This document shows, in pieces, positions 1-7,730 of a DNA stretch of 24,000 nt. The position numbers were made by a program, and so were the translations under genes. Each line of letters starts with the position of its first letter. Positions within the stretch are counted from its first letter, which is position 1. Source of the stretch: Eubacteriales bacterium (GTDB lineage Bacteria > Bacillota > Clostridia > Oscillospirales > CAG-272); the NCBI GenBank assembly GCA_045646925.1, contig JAZRLQ010000163.1, positions 8,872-32,871 on the forward strand, read 5' to 3'. Below the pieces are notes generated by a model that saw nothing but the letters and a program-made list of their open reading frames with translations, searched no databases and was not told where the DNA came from.

Positions 1-1
1 C

Positions 2-3000
2 CTTATTTTGGCGACAAGAGACGATAAGGGCAAAATTACAAGTGCTACCTTTGTGGACGGTACTCAAGCGACCGTTACCATAGATACTGACGTGGATGAA
101 AACATCACTGTATATACAGTCAGCGACGGTAATGGAAATTCTTGGACGAATTTCTTTGTCCGCGAGGTCTTCTTTACCACGGATGGTACGTCTGAAATCA
201 AGTATACAACGCCTGCGGGCAGCAACGTTTATGCTTGCGAAATGTTGGGCAATAAATATAACGGTCAGCCCCTCTGGAAATATTCAGCGGGAGGTAAGGG
301 TATTTGGCACTACGGTATCCGCGTAAATGAGAACGTGACTGTTGAGAATGGCGTTACCAGTGATTCGAGCTATGTGCTGGAAGACAGCACAGTTGCTTTC
401 TTTGATGGTAACAAGATCTATACTACGGCTGATGGTACGGAAAATGGTGAGATCAAAGAATTTTGGTACAGTTTCTTTGTTACAAAAACCGTGACGACAA
501 AAACCAAAGACAAAGATGGTAAGGTTTCTGAAACGAAAGAATATTCCCATTTCATGTATGATTTTTCGACGGATCCTGTTAACACATGGAATGTAACTCT
601 CTTCGAGCATAAGCCTTTGACTCTGATCGAAGCATACGGCGAAAACCAAAAAACGCATAATTCGGAGCTTCTTTGCGTGCAGTGGCAGATGCCGACCGCG
701 CAGGGCGAGGTTGCTTCCGGTCTTTACTACTTCTATGACGGTGTCTTCACCTTCGGTCTTTCCAGCCCTAATGATACCGTTCGCGATACTTGGAGAAACG
801 ATGCCGCGTCGAAACTCTATCTCGGTCCCGATACTCCTGACGGTTGGACGGTCGACGAAGATCGAGGCGATAGAGCTTTGATTGCATTGCTGAAGCCCAT
901 TACTAACAATAAAGATCTGAATGACGCGATCGTGAGCGGCAAGCAGTTTTATATTTCCGCGCAGCCTGTGGCAGGTGAAGCATATTTCATGTCTTTGAAT
1001 ACTCTCAATGATTCTAAGGATTTTGTTGTTGGCAATGAGAAGTACGAATCTAAAGATACGCCCGGTCAGATCCCGAATACGAAGGTTTCCTTGGAAAATA
1101 ATTTGGCGTCGACTTTGGCACAAAATTATAAGAACGGTCTCTTTACAAAGATTCCGACAGTTCCGATTACGGGTGCCACGCAGGAAGTGAAGATGTCGGT
1201 TAGCTTGACAGATTTGGAGAACCCGGACTTTTGGGGAAACTATACGATTTTGAATATCGGTCGTACTTCGGAATCCTTGACATTAGCAAGTTTGAAACAG
1301 GAGTATAATATCGTTCCGACCAACGTTACTGAAAATGGACAAACGAAGTATTATTACTATCGTAACGATACCGGCGCTTACGTTGGTACAGCAAGCGGAA
1401 CCAATTCCATTGATTCAGATAATGCTGGAAAAATTCCCAATTACGTAGAGTACGACGAGTACATCTATTATACCGTGGATTATGTGATTCCGGATGATGG
1501 TTATACATTTGGTTCGATTTCCGGAACAAGATATGAGGATATAAGGATTTATACCTTCACGTTCTGGTATCAACCTCCTGATAAAGCAGCTCCTGTTCCA
1601 CTTGGTTATACCACTGTGAAGGTTGACGCATATACACAGAATACTGGCCAAAACCCAAGCTATGTAAGTTATATGCCGGATTTTCATTATGGTATGGTAT
1701 ATTTTGGACAAGAAGAACCGAGCAATGATACAAACCAAACGGATCCGAGTTTTTTCTATAGACAAACTAGATTTGACGGAAATAATCATACGCTTCAGGA
1801 GAATGGTGATGGCTTGCTTGCGACCATTACTCCGGTAACACAAACAACTACCGGTTCGGGTTGGAATCCACAAACCACTACCACCTACGCGCCCAATAAC
1901 AATGGCGATTATGTTTTTAATCTTAGCTATCCCGATGAAGGCATTGATGCCACGAACATACCTATGGTCAATATTACAGCCAATCGCTTCCACGGAGATC
2001 GATATGATAAGAATAACAAAACCAGTACCAATGATACAGCAATTGCCGACCAAGCAATTGTGAGTGAAGGCTTTGTTTCCAAGGAAGTGGCGAACACTTG
2101 GGTGGAATATTATTATTATGACGTGACGACCAAAAACTATTATTACTATGATAATGGTTGGAAGAACAATGGCACGGTTGAACCGGAAAGAACCACTGTA
2201 AATGAAAATGGCGAAACGGTAAAGCAGGGGTTGGTGGGTGCCAATGCAGTTCTCATGAACCGTTATCCCGCATACACGTTTGCAAGTAATAATGCGGAAA
2301 GCCCTTCTTATCTTCAGTTTTTACATCAGTTTGCCGATTGGAACTATTGGTTTGGTTATCACGGCGACACTTATTCGCTTTGGGCAGGTACTGAGGCTCA
2401 GTACGAAGAATTGGATTTGAGAAAAGGTAGTACGACGGTTAGTTTTAAGAATACGGGAAATAATTGGAATCCTTATTATACGGACTATAAATTCGAACAG
2501 GTTTTTCAGTGGCTCACGGAGGGTGTTCTTGTCTTTGAGTCCGGTAAGGATTATTGCTATATTCAGTTTACCTATGACAGGCAGAATTTGGACATTTGGT
2601 ACCAAGGTCAAGAGAATGCTTTGGTAAACGGTGGCGACTATTTGGGTAACGGCGGAGAACTTGTTGGATATAGAGAACCCACCAAATCCGATCATAGTTT
2701 GACACAATACGTTGGCTATAATTATAATTCCTCGACCGAAACTTTGGAATATACGCTCAGCGCGACGAAGACGGAGAATACGCGACTTTACGTTTACGTT
2801 ATCGAGGGTATTTTGGATACTACTGCCGGCGTCAATACCTTCATCCCCGAAGATGTTAGAGAAGAAAATAGCAATACACACGCGTTGGACGCAAGTCAAT
2901 ACGTTTTGTGGCCGCAGAAAACCTTGACGCAGACCGGCTATAACACCAACACCGGTTACGATTTTGCAAAAAAGACCGTTTCCGCCTTGACGAGTGTTGA

Positions 3001-4261
3001 CAGTGGCGATGTTCATGCGAGATTGACTTCCTCGGAGGATCCTGTTTACAGTGCGCTTCCTTTGTACGGACCAAATAATACCGGTTTGAACTGGGGTAAT
3101 AGTGAGGGCTATATACTCGGCAGCTCAGGAACATATGGTTTGAATCAAAAATTCCAGATGGCAGACCAGGGCTTCTTTGGTAAACTGCATATTGACGAAA
3201 ACGGCTACGTCAGCTCGGTAACAGGCGGAAAATCCAATATGATGATCGTTCCCGTTGGCTCGAACAATGTGGAATCGCCCATCCCGAAGGGTTGCGTTGC
3301 ATTCAGCGTCAATGCTCAGAGTACGCAGACCATCCGTATCATCGTTTCGGTTCCGACGTCTGAGTATTATCTCCGTGAAAACGAAGCTTTGGATCCCATG
3401 GATCTTTTGAATGACTATTATGTTGGCGTTTGGAAGATCCCGTCGATCACTCCGGGCTCTGAGGTTACGTTTAAAAAATCCGAAGCGATTGAAAAATTCG
3501 AGCTTCCTCGTTCGTATTCGTTCAGCTTTGACGATGATCCTTCCAAGGTCGAGAAAAACGGAGAAAAACATTATATCAACGTTATATACGACGCCGATGG
3601 TGACGGTACATATGACGTTGAGTATGATGAAAATGGTAATATTATAGTTGAGCAATCCCCCGAATATTATCGTACGTATTTGAACGGCGATACCTTCCTC
3701 GTGGCATACGAGTTTACCATTCAAGGTGCTGGAACTGGTGGTACCTATATCATCGGTACTGCTCATGGCGCAGACGGTGTTACGGGCGGAAAGGATATCC
3801 CGATGGAGATCGTTCACTTCTCCGTTTCCGGTACTGCTTCCGCAGGACGTGACGGTGTTCAGGGTAACCAGCTTGGTGCGATCGACTTCGTATACGATAA
3901 TACGCAGGGTGCTATCGTTACCATTGATACCCGTGCGAAGGACGGTCAGACCACTCTGCCCAATGCTGACGGTAACGAGAACTATCAGAATTACTATTCT
4001 TCGCAGACCTTGCTCTATACAGATCTTGAACAGAAGGATTCCCAGACATATCTCAATCTCAACCAAGTTGAACTATATATTCGACGATGGTTGGATTCGA
4101 CGAGAACGGATACTTCTACGACTTATCAATCGAAGATTTCGTATTATATCGGTTCGGATGCTGCTACGAGTCAAGCTGGTCTGATAAAGTTTAAGAAGTA
4201 TTTGGATAACGGTGACGTACACGATCCTCTGACCGCAGAGCCGGGTGTATCGGGCAGTTGA
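2..4261 (+). CDS. Giant secreted/surface protein, 5'-truncated at the window edge (at least 1417 aa); no catalytic domain recognised
   Basis: The ORF is uninterrupted and stays open to the window edge (no stop in codons 2-7). The first residues have no signal peptide, so the true start is probably upstream. T/N/Y/G/D-rich composition is typical of beta-rich extracellular proteins. Aromatic motifs (KYYYYRNDTGAYVGT, VEYYYYD, NYYYYDNGW) loosely resemble cell-wall/glucan-binding repeats. DADGDGTYDVEYDENGN is an acidic Ca-binding-like loop. No LPXTG at the C-terminus. The next gene follows after 45 nt with its own RBS. Confidence 0.75.
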   Translation, partial: LILATRDDKGKITSATFVDGTQATVTIDTDVDENITVYTVSDGNGNSWTNFFVREVFFTTDGTSEIKYTTPAGSNVYACEMLGNKYNGQPLWKYSAGGKGIWHYGIRVNENVTVENGVTSDSSYVLEDSTVAFFDGNKIYTTADGTENGEIKEFWYSFFVTKTVTTKTKDKDGKVSETKEYSHFMYDFSTDPVNTWNVTLFEHKPLTLIEAYGENQKTHNSELLCVQWQMPTAQGEVASGLYYFYDGVFTFGLSSPNDTVRDTWRNDAASKLYLGPDTPDGWTVDEDRGDRALIALLKPITNNKDLNDAIVSGKQFYISAQPVAGEAYFMSLNTLNDSKDFVVGNEKYESKDTPGQIPNTKVSLENNLASTLAQNYKNGLFTKIPTVPITGATQEVKMSVSLTDLENPDFWGNYTILNIGRTSESLTLASLKQEYNIVPTNVTENGQTKYYYYRNDTGAYVGTASGTNSIDSDNAGKIPNYVEYDEYIYYTVDYVIPDDGYTFGSISGTRYEDIRIYTFTFWYQPPDKAAPVPLGYTTVKVDAYTQNTGQNPSYVSYMPDFHYGMVYFGQEEPSNDTNQTDPSFFYRQTRFDGNNHTLQENGDGLLATITPVTQTTTGSGWNPQTTTTYAPNNNGDYVFNLSYPDEGIDATNIPMVNITANRFHGDRYDKNNKTSTNDTAIADQAIVSEGFVSKEVANTWVEYYYYDVTTKNYYYYDNGWKNNGTVEPERTTVNENGETVKQGLVGANAVLMNRYPAYTFASNNAESPSYLQFLHQFADWNYWFGYHGDTYSLWAGTEAQYEELDLRKGSTTVSFKNTGNNWNPYYTDYKFEQVFQWLTEGVLVFESGKDYCYIQFTYDRQNLDIWYQGQENALVNGGDYLGNGGELVGYREPTKSDHSLTQYVGYNYNSSTETLEYTLSATKTENTRLYVYVIEGILDTTAGVNTFIPEDVREENSNTHALDASQYVLWPQKTLTQTGYNTNTGYDFAKKTVSALTSVDSGDVHARLTSSEDPVYSALPLYGPNNTGLNWGNSEGYILGSSGTYGLNQKFQMADQGFFGKLHIDENGYVSSVTGGKSNMMIVPVGSNNVESPIPKGCVAFSVNAQSTQTIRIIVSVPTSEYYLRENEALDPMDLLNDYYVGVWKIPSITPGSEVTFKKSEAIEKFELPRSYSFSFDDDPSKVEKNGEKHYINVIYDADGDGTYDVEYDENGNIIVEQSPEYYRTYLNGDTFLVAYEFTIQGAGTGGTYIIGTAHGADGVTGGKDIPMEIVHFSVSGTASAGRDGVQGNQLGAIDFVYDNTQGAIVTIDTRAKDGQTTLPNADGNENYQNYYSSQTLLYTDLEQKDSQTYLNLNQVELYIRRWLDSTRTDTSTTYQSKISYYIGSDAATSQAGLIKFKKYLDNGDVHDPLTAEPGVSGS

Positions 4262-4306
4262 CCAAGGAAAATATTTTGAACAAAATTCAACAGAAAGGAG
4301 ACGGCT

Positions 4307-5068
4307 ATGAAAAATAAGCTGACCAAAAGCAATTTAATAATAGCGCAAAGAGGCGTATCTCTCGTAGTCGTCTTCGCTACGCTTTTGACCGCGTTCGTCG
4401 CGATCGCTCCGTGGACGTACGGCTGGTTCGCCAAAAACAACAAGGTCACCGCAAGCGGTATGCATACGCAGGCGTACTATTCGAGATTTGACGTGACTTA
4501 CGCCGTCAAACAAGATGGTGAATATAAACCTGCCGAACCGAACGCTTTGTTCAATACGATCATTGCTCCCGGTTACTCGGCAGAAATTCAGATCACCATC
4601 ACGAATAAGTCGAGCAACAAGTATGCGGTCAACCTCACGGGCTTCGGTCTGGAAGCACCGACTGCTGATCAGGAGATTGCCAAAGTCGACTCTGCCGGAA
4701 AGATTCGCTATCTCAGCACCGAGCTTACTACAGAACTTCTTGGTGTGACGGTGGCATATCCGAGCACAAATACGAATACGCCTCCGGCTTATAGCGTAAC
4801 AATGCAGTCCGTTCCTGTACAACTTCGCGAAGGTACTTCCACAGAGCCGGGCGCAGCGGGACGCATTGACTATGTTCGGTATGTGAAGGATGTTGAAACT
4901 ACTCCGATTTCTGTTCCCGTTGGTGGTAGCGTGACCTTTACGATCCGCGTGACTTTCAAAAATACCGACTACGACCAGAATATCTATAAGGATTTTGCCG
5001 GCACGGGCGGTAAATGCGAAAGAAAGTTCTTCTTCACCTTTGAAGATGATATGAGTACATCTAATTAA
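4307..5068 (+). CDS. TasA/camelysin-like secreted protein with a SipW-type signal peptide (candidate matrix-fibre subunit)
   Basis: RBS AAAGGAGA lies 5 nt before the ATG. The N-terminus has a basic stretch and a hydrophobic core, then APWTYGWFAKNNKVTASGM. This resembles the T-x-A-x-F-x-D...N-x-F-x-x-G region of B. subtilis TasA and B. cereus CalY signal peptides as I recall them. LFNTIIAPGYSAEIQITITNKSS resembles the PGD...v.N.G strand of that family. Two SipW-type peptidase genes lie downstream. Confidence 0.6.
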   Translation: MKNKLTKSNLIIAQRGVSLVVVFATLLTAFVAIAPWTYGWFAKNNKVTASGMHTQAYYSRFDVTYAVKQDGEYKPAEPNALFNTIIAPGYSAEIQITITNKSSNKYAVNLTGFGLEAPTADQEIAKVDSAGKIRYLSTELTTELLGVTVAYPSTNTNTPPAYSVTMQSVPVQLREGTSTEPGAAGRIDYVRYVKDVETTPISVPVGGSVTFTIRVTFKNTDYDQNIYKDFAGTGGKCERKFFFTFEDDMSTSN

Positions 5069-5115
5069 ATTTTAAAAGTTTCTTTGAAAATACAGAGTTT
5101 TTCTTAGCATCTAAC

Positions 5116-5144
5116 TTGACTGGATATTGTATCTATGTTATAAT
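5116..5144 (+). promoter_or_regulatory. Sigma-A type promoter with extended -10
   Basis: TTGACT (5116-5121), exactly 17 nt spacer, TATAAT (5139-5144), preceded by TG at 5136-5137 (TGtTATAAT). It sits in the 314-nt gap between the tasA-like and sipW genes. The predicted TSS near 5151 leaves a leader of about 230 nt. Confidence 0.6.
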
Positions 5145-5170
5145 ATCGTTGTATTGTTTGTAATTTTATA

Positions 5171-5240
5171 TTCAGCAAAATAGTCGCAAGGCTATGACGC
5201 AAAGCTATAGGGACTTTGATCAAGTTAGCCAGTTGCAAGT
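5171..5240 (+). promoter_or_regulatory. Candidate c-di-GMP-I (GEMM-I) riboswitch aptamer
   Basis: GCAAAA (5175-5180) is followed by hairpin TAGTC-GCAA-GGCTA (5181-5194, GNRA loop) and then GACGCAAAGC (5196-5205). The second helix is GCTA(5204-5207)/TAGC(5226-5229) plus ACTT(5213-5216)/AAGT(5222-5225). The 3' strand is TAGCCAGTTGC (5226-5236). From memory, V. cholerae Vc2 reads GGCAAA-CCAUUC-GAAA-GAGUGG-GACGCAAAGCC...UAGCGGGGUUACC. Not verified with a covariance model. Confidence 0.6.
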
Positions 5241-5270
5241 TTTTTACCTTCGCACTGGCTGATTTTGTTG
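5227..5270 (+). terminator. Intrinsic terminator-like hairpin forming the riboswitch expression platform
   Basis: AGCCAGT (5227-5233) pairs with ACTGGCT (5254-5260). The stem is extended by GCAAG (5235-5239) pairing with CTT-c-GC (5248-5253). GATTTTGTTGTG follows. The 5' arm reuses the 3' strand of the proposed aptamer, so the two folds are mutually exclusive. Confidence 0.55.
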
Positions 5271-5382
5271 TGAAATCGGTTAGTGTGAATAACGCGAAGC
5301 AATCCCGAGCGTCAAACAAAACAATAATTCAATTTATTACTGAAAACGAAAGGCATTGTTTCGTGGAAGAGAGGTTTTATTT

Positions 5383-6096
5383 ATGGAAAAAGTAAAAAAA
5401 ATAGGGGGAATTGTCGGTAATACGATTATTTGGCTTTTTGTTGCCTTTTCCCTTGCAATCACCATTATGGTGTTTTCCGCTCAGCAGAGCTCGGACGGCA
5501 TTCCCGCCCTGTTCGGCAAGAGTATGCTCACCATCCAGACACCCTCGATGAAAGAGACTTACGACGTTGGCGACATGGTCTTCATGACGAAGCTCACCGA
5601 CGAAGACAAATATGAGCTGAAGGTGGGCGATATCATTACGTATCACGCGCCCATCGATATTGACCAGGACGGTCTGACGGGGGATATCAATACGCACCGT
5701 ATTTACTCCATCGATTCTGCGACGGGTCTCATTGTGACGAAGGGTGATGGCAATCTGATCCCCGATAATTACACGATCCACCGCAATGACGTTATCGGTA
5801 TTTGCACCGAGAACGGCAAACTTGACGGTGTTGGCAGCGTGGTTGAATTTCTCCGCTCCCGTATCGGATTTTTCGTTTGCATTGTATTGCCCTTGATTCT
5901 TTTCTTTGTTTTTGAACTCTATAACTTTATTACGATCCTTGCTTCCGAAAGAGCGAAGAAGGCTCCCATCGCAAAGGAGACCGAAGAAGAGATCAAACGC
6001 CGCGCGATCGAAGAATATATCAAGAGCCAGCAGGCTGCACAGGAAGCGGCTGCAGAAAAAGAAACTCCCGCCGATGAGAATTCTGCGGAGAAATAA
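5383..6096 (+). CDS. sipW: Signal peptidase I, SipW/archaeal-ER type (S26B), paralogue 1
   Basis: ATG at 5383 follows GGAAGAGAGG; the track's TTG at 5356 has no RBS. N-terminal TM helix, then QTPSMKET (catalytic Ser), INTHRIYS (His), TKGDGNLIPD, a C-terminal TM helix and an acidic/K-rich tail. The layout matches B. subtilis SipW (SGSMEP...THRIV...KGDNN) as I recall it. Confidence 0.85.
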   Translation: MEKVKKIGGIVGNTIIWLFVAFSLAITIMVFSAQQSSDGIPALFGKSMLTIQTPSMKETYDVGDMVFMTKLTDEDKYELKVGDIITYHAPIDIDQDGLTGDINTHRIYSIDSATGLIVTKGDGNLIPDNYTIHRNDVIGICTENGKLDGVGSVVEFLRSRIGFFVCIVLPLILFFVFELYNFITILASERAKKAPIAKETEEEIKRRAIEEYIKSQQAAQEAAAEKETPADENSAEK

Positions 6097-6127
6097 ACTA
6101 ATTTTTAGAAAGGACCGGTGATACGGA

Positions 6128-7687
6128 ATGGAAGGCTTTTTTGATTGGTTTTTTGCATTCTTGACAACAATGATCGACGGAATTTGGATGATTTTCTCCG
6201 GTATTTTCCGTGGCATCTTCCAGATTTTCAACGTCGTCAACTATTTCGAACTGTTTAAGAGTTATAAGGGCGGTTTTACCGCGATCGACTGGATCCTTGC
6301 AGTCATCAGCTTGTTTATGGTGCTTGCGATCCTTGGTATTCTTGTTTATCTCGCGGTTATCGGTATCAGAAAGTATATCAGATTCCGCAAATCCGCAGTT
6401 AACAACGAGGACCTTCTCGAAGAGCTTGCAACGCTCCACAGAGACGTTCTCAAGCTCACAAAAGAAAGAGAGAAGCTTCTTGCGCTCAAGATCGGTCAGA
6501 CCGATATTTCCATTAGCGACCTCAACGCTATTCTCTCTGATGGCGGTGACGAAGATGGTTATTCTGAAACCGACGACGGACGCGCAGATCTCGATGGAAG
6601 TGAGAATTTGCCTCGTTTCTTTAAACTCGATGCAATCGACCAGAAATATCTCAACTATGAAGCTCCCGAATACAGAACGGACTTCACACTGTATGACCTC
6701 TGCCGCGATTTCAGAAACTTCTGCTGCTCTCGCATGGGTCTTTACTATGAAGAAAAGGTCACCAGACTTATTTTCGCAGGTCTCGCTTCCACGAAGCTCA
6801 TTCTTTTGCAGGGTATTTCCGGTACCGGTAAAACATCTCTGCCTTACGCAATGGGTAAGTTCTTCCAGAAGGACGCGACCATCGTTTCCGTTCAGCCTTC
6901 CTGGCGTGACCGTACCGAGCTTTTCGGTTACTTCAACGAATTCTCGAAGCGCTTCAACGAAACCGACCTTCTCCGCCGCGTTTACGACGCTTCCTACAAC
7001 GATGATATCAACGTTATCATCCTCGACGAAATGAATATCGCCCGCGTCGAATACTATTTCGCGGAAATGCTTTCCATCATGGAAATGCCCGACCCCAGAG
7101 AATGGAAGATCGAACTCGTTCCTTCCTCCTGGGATAATGACCCCCAGAACCTCAAAGACGGTAAGCTTCTCATTCCTCAGAATACTTGGTACATCGGTAC
7201 GGCGAACAACGACGACTCGACCTTCTCGATCTCCGATAAGGTTTACGACCGTGCGCTTACCATCAATATCGATAATAAGGGTATGCCTTTCGAAGCTCCC
7301 GATACACCTCCGTCTCTCATCAGCTATTCCTCCGTCAACGCTCTCTACCAGAAGGCGATCGAGGATTATCCCGTTGACGAGCGTTACCTCCAGATGATCG
7401 AGGCGCTCGACACCTACGTTATCAAGAAATTCAGAGTTGCATTCGGTAACCGTATTATCAAGCAGCTTAAGATCTTCGTGCCCGTTTACGTTGCCTGCGG
7501 CGGTACTGCCGTTGAAGGTATCGACCATATCCTCGCTACCAAGGTCTTCAGAAAGTTTGAAATGCTCAACCTCTCTCTCATCAGAGACGAGATCAAGGGT
7601 CTTATCAACTATCTCAACACCATGTTCGGTAAGGATGCAATGAAGGAATGTATCGAATTCCTTGAAAGATTGCAGCGCACGTATTAA
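6128..7687 (+). CDS. Membrane-anchored McrB-like AAA+ GTPase (2 predicted TM helices, coiled coil, AAA_5/McrB-type core)
   Basis: Walker A is GISGTGKTS. VQPSWRDRTELFGYFN resembles McrB vqFH.sysYEDFi.Gy. Walker B and following residues VIILDEMNIARVEYYFAEMLSIME resemble McrB LDEINRA....FGEl..llE. YIGTANNDDST resembles the McrB iGTMNTADRS (NxxD) signature. The N-terminus has two hydrophobic helices (FFAFLTTMIDGIWMIFSGIF and WILAVISLFMVLAILGILVYLAVIGI), then a heptad-like EDLLEELATLHRDVLKLTKEREKLLALK. Confidence 0.8.
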   Translation: MEGFFDWFFAFLTTMIDGIWMIFSGIFRGIFQIFNVVNYFELFKSYKGGFTAIDWILAVISLFMVLAILGILVYLAVIGIRKYIRFRKSAVNNEDLLEELATLHRDVLKLTKEREKLLALKIGQTDISISDLNAILSDGGDEDGYSETDDGRADLDGSENLPRFFKLDAIDQKYLNYEAPEYRTDFTLYDLCRDFRNFCCSRMGLYYEEKVTRLIFAGLASTKLILLQGISGTGKTSLPYAMGKFFQKDATIVSVQPSWRDRTELFGYFNEFSKRFNETDLLRRVYDASYNDDINVIILDEMNIARVEYYFAEMLSIMEMPDPREWKIELVPSSWDNDPQNLKDGKLLIPQNTWYIGTANNDDSTFSISDKVYDRALTINIDNKGMPFEAPDTPPSLISYSSVNALYQKAIEDYPVDERYLQMIEALDTYVIKKFRVAFGNRIIKQLKIFVPVYVACGGTAVEGIDHILATKVFRKFEMLNLSLIRDEIKGLINYLNTMFGKDAMKECIEFLERLQRTY

Positions 7688-7730
7688 TTTTTAAATTCTA
7701 AAGAAAAAAGTCGCAAGGGAGGACCTTTCT

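Noticed and set aside
4307-4420. Possible type IV (pre)pilin-like signal (QRG|VSLVVV) in the 253-aa protein
   Set aside because: There is no Glu at +5 and no prepilin peptidase or pilus ATPase genes nearby. The TYGWFA...N..T.SG motif and two adjacent SipW genes fit a SipW-type signal better.
5104-5319. 71-aa minus-strand ORF in the tasA-like/sipW intergenic region
   Set aside because: It has no RBS and lies across the promoter, the riboswitch-like element and the terminator hairpin on the + strand, which explain the region better.
6098-7528. 476-aa ORF on the minus strand
   Set aside because: It is fully antisense to the McrB-like gene, whose Walker A/B and McrB signature motifs are unambiguous. 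The antisense product is low-complexity (V/D/E/F-rich) with no motif and no RBS.
7709-7718. 10-nt identity (AGTCGCAAGG) with the riboswitch P1 hairpin at 5182-5191, suggesting a second RNA element before the partner gene
   Set aside because: At 7709 it can form only a 3-bp stem (GTC/GAC) and it overlaps the RBS. None of the other GEMM elements follow. It is most likely chance.
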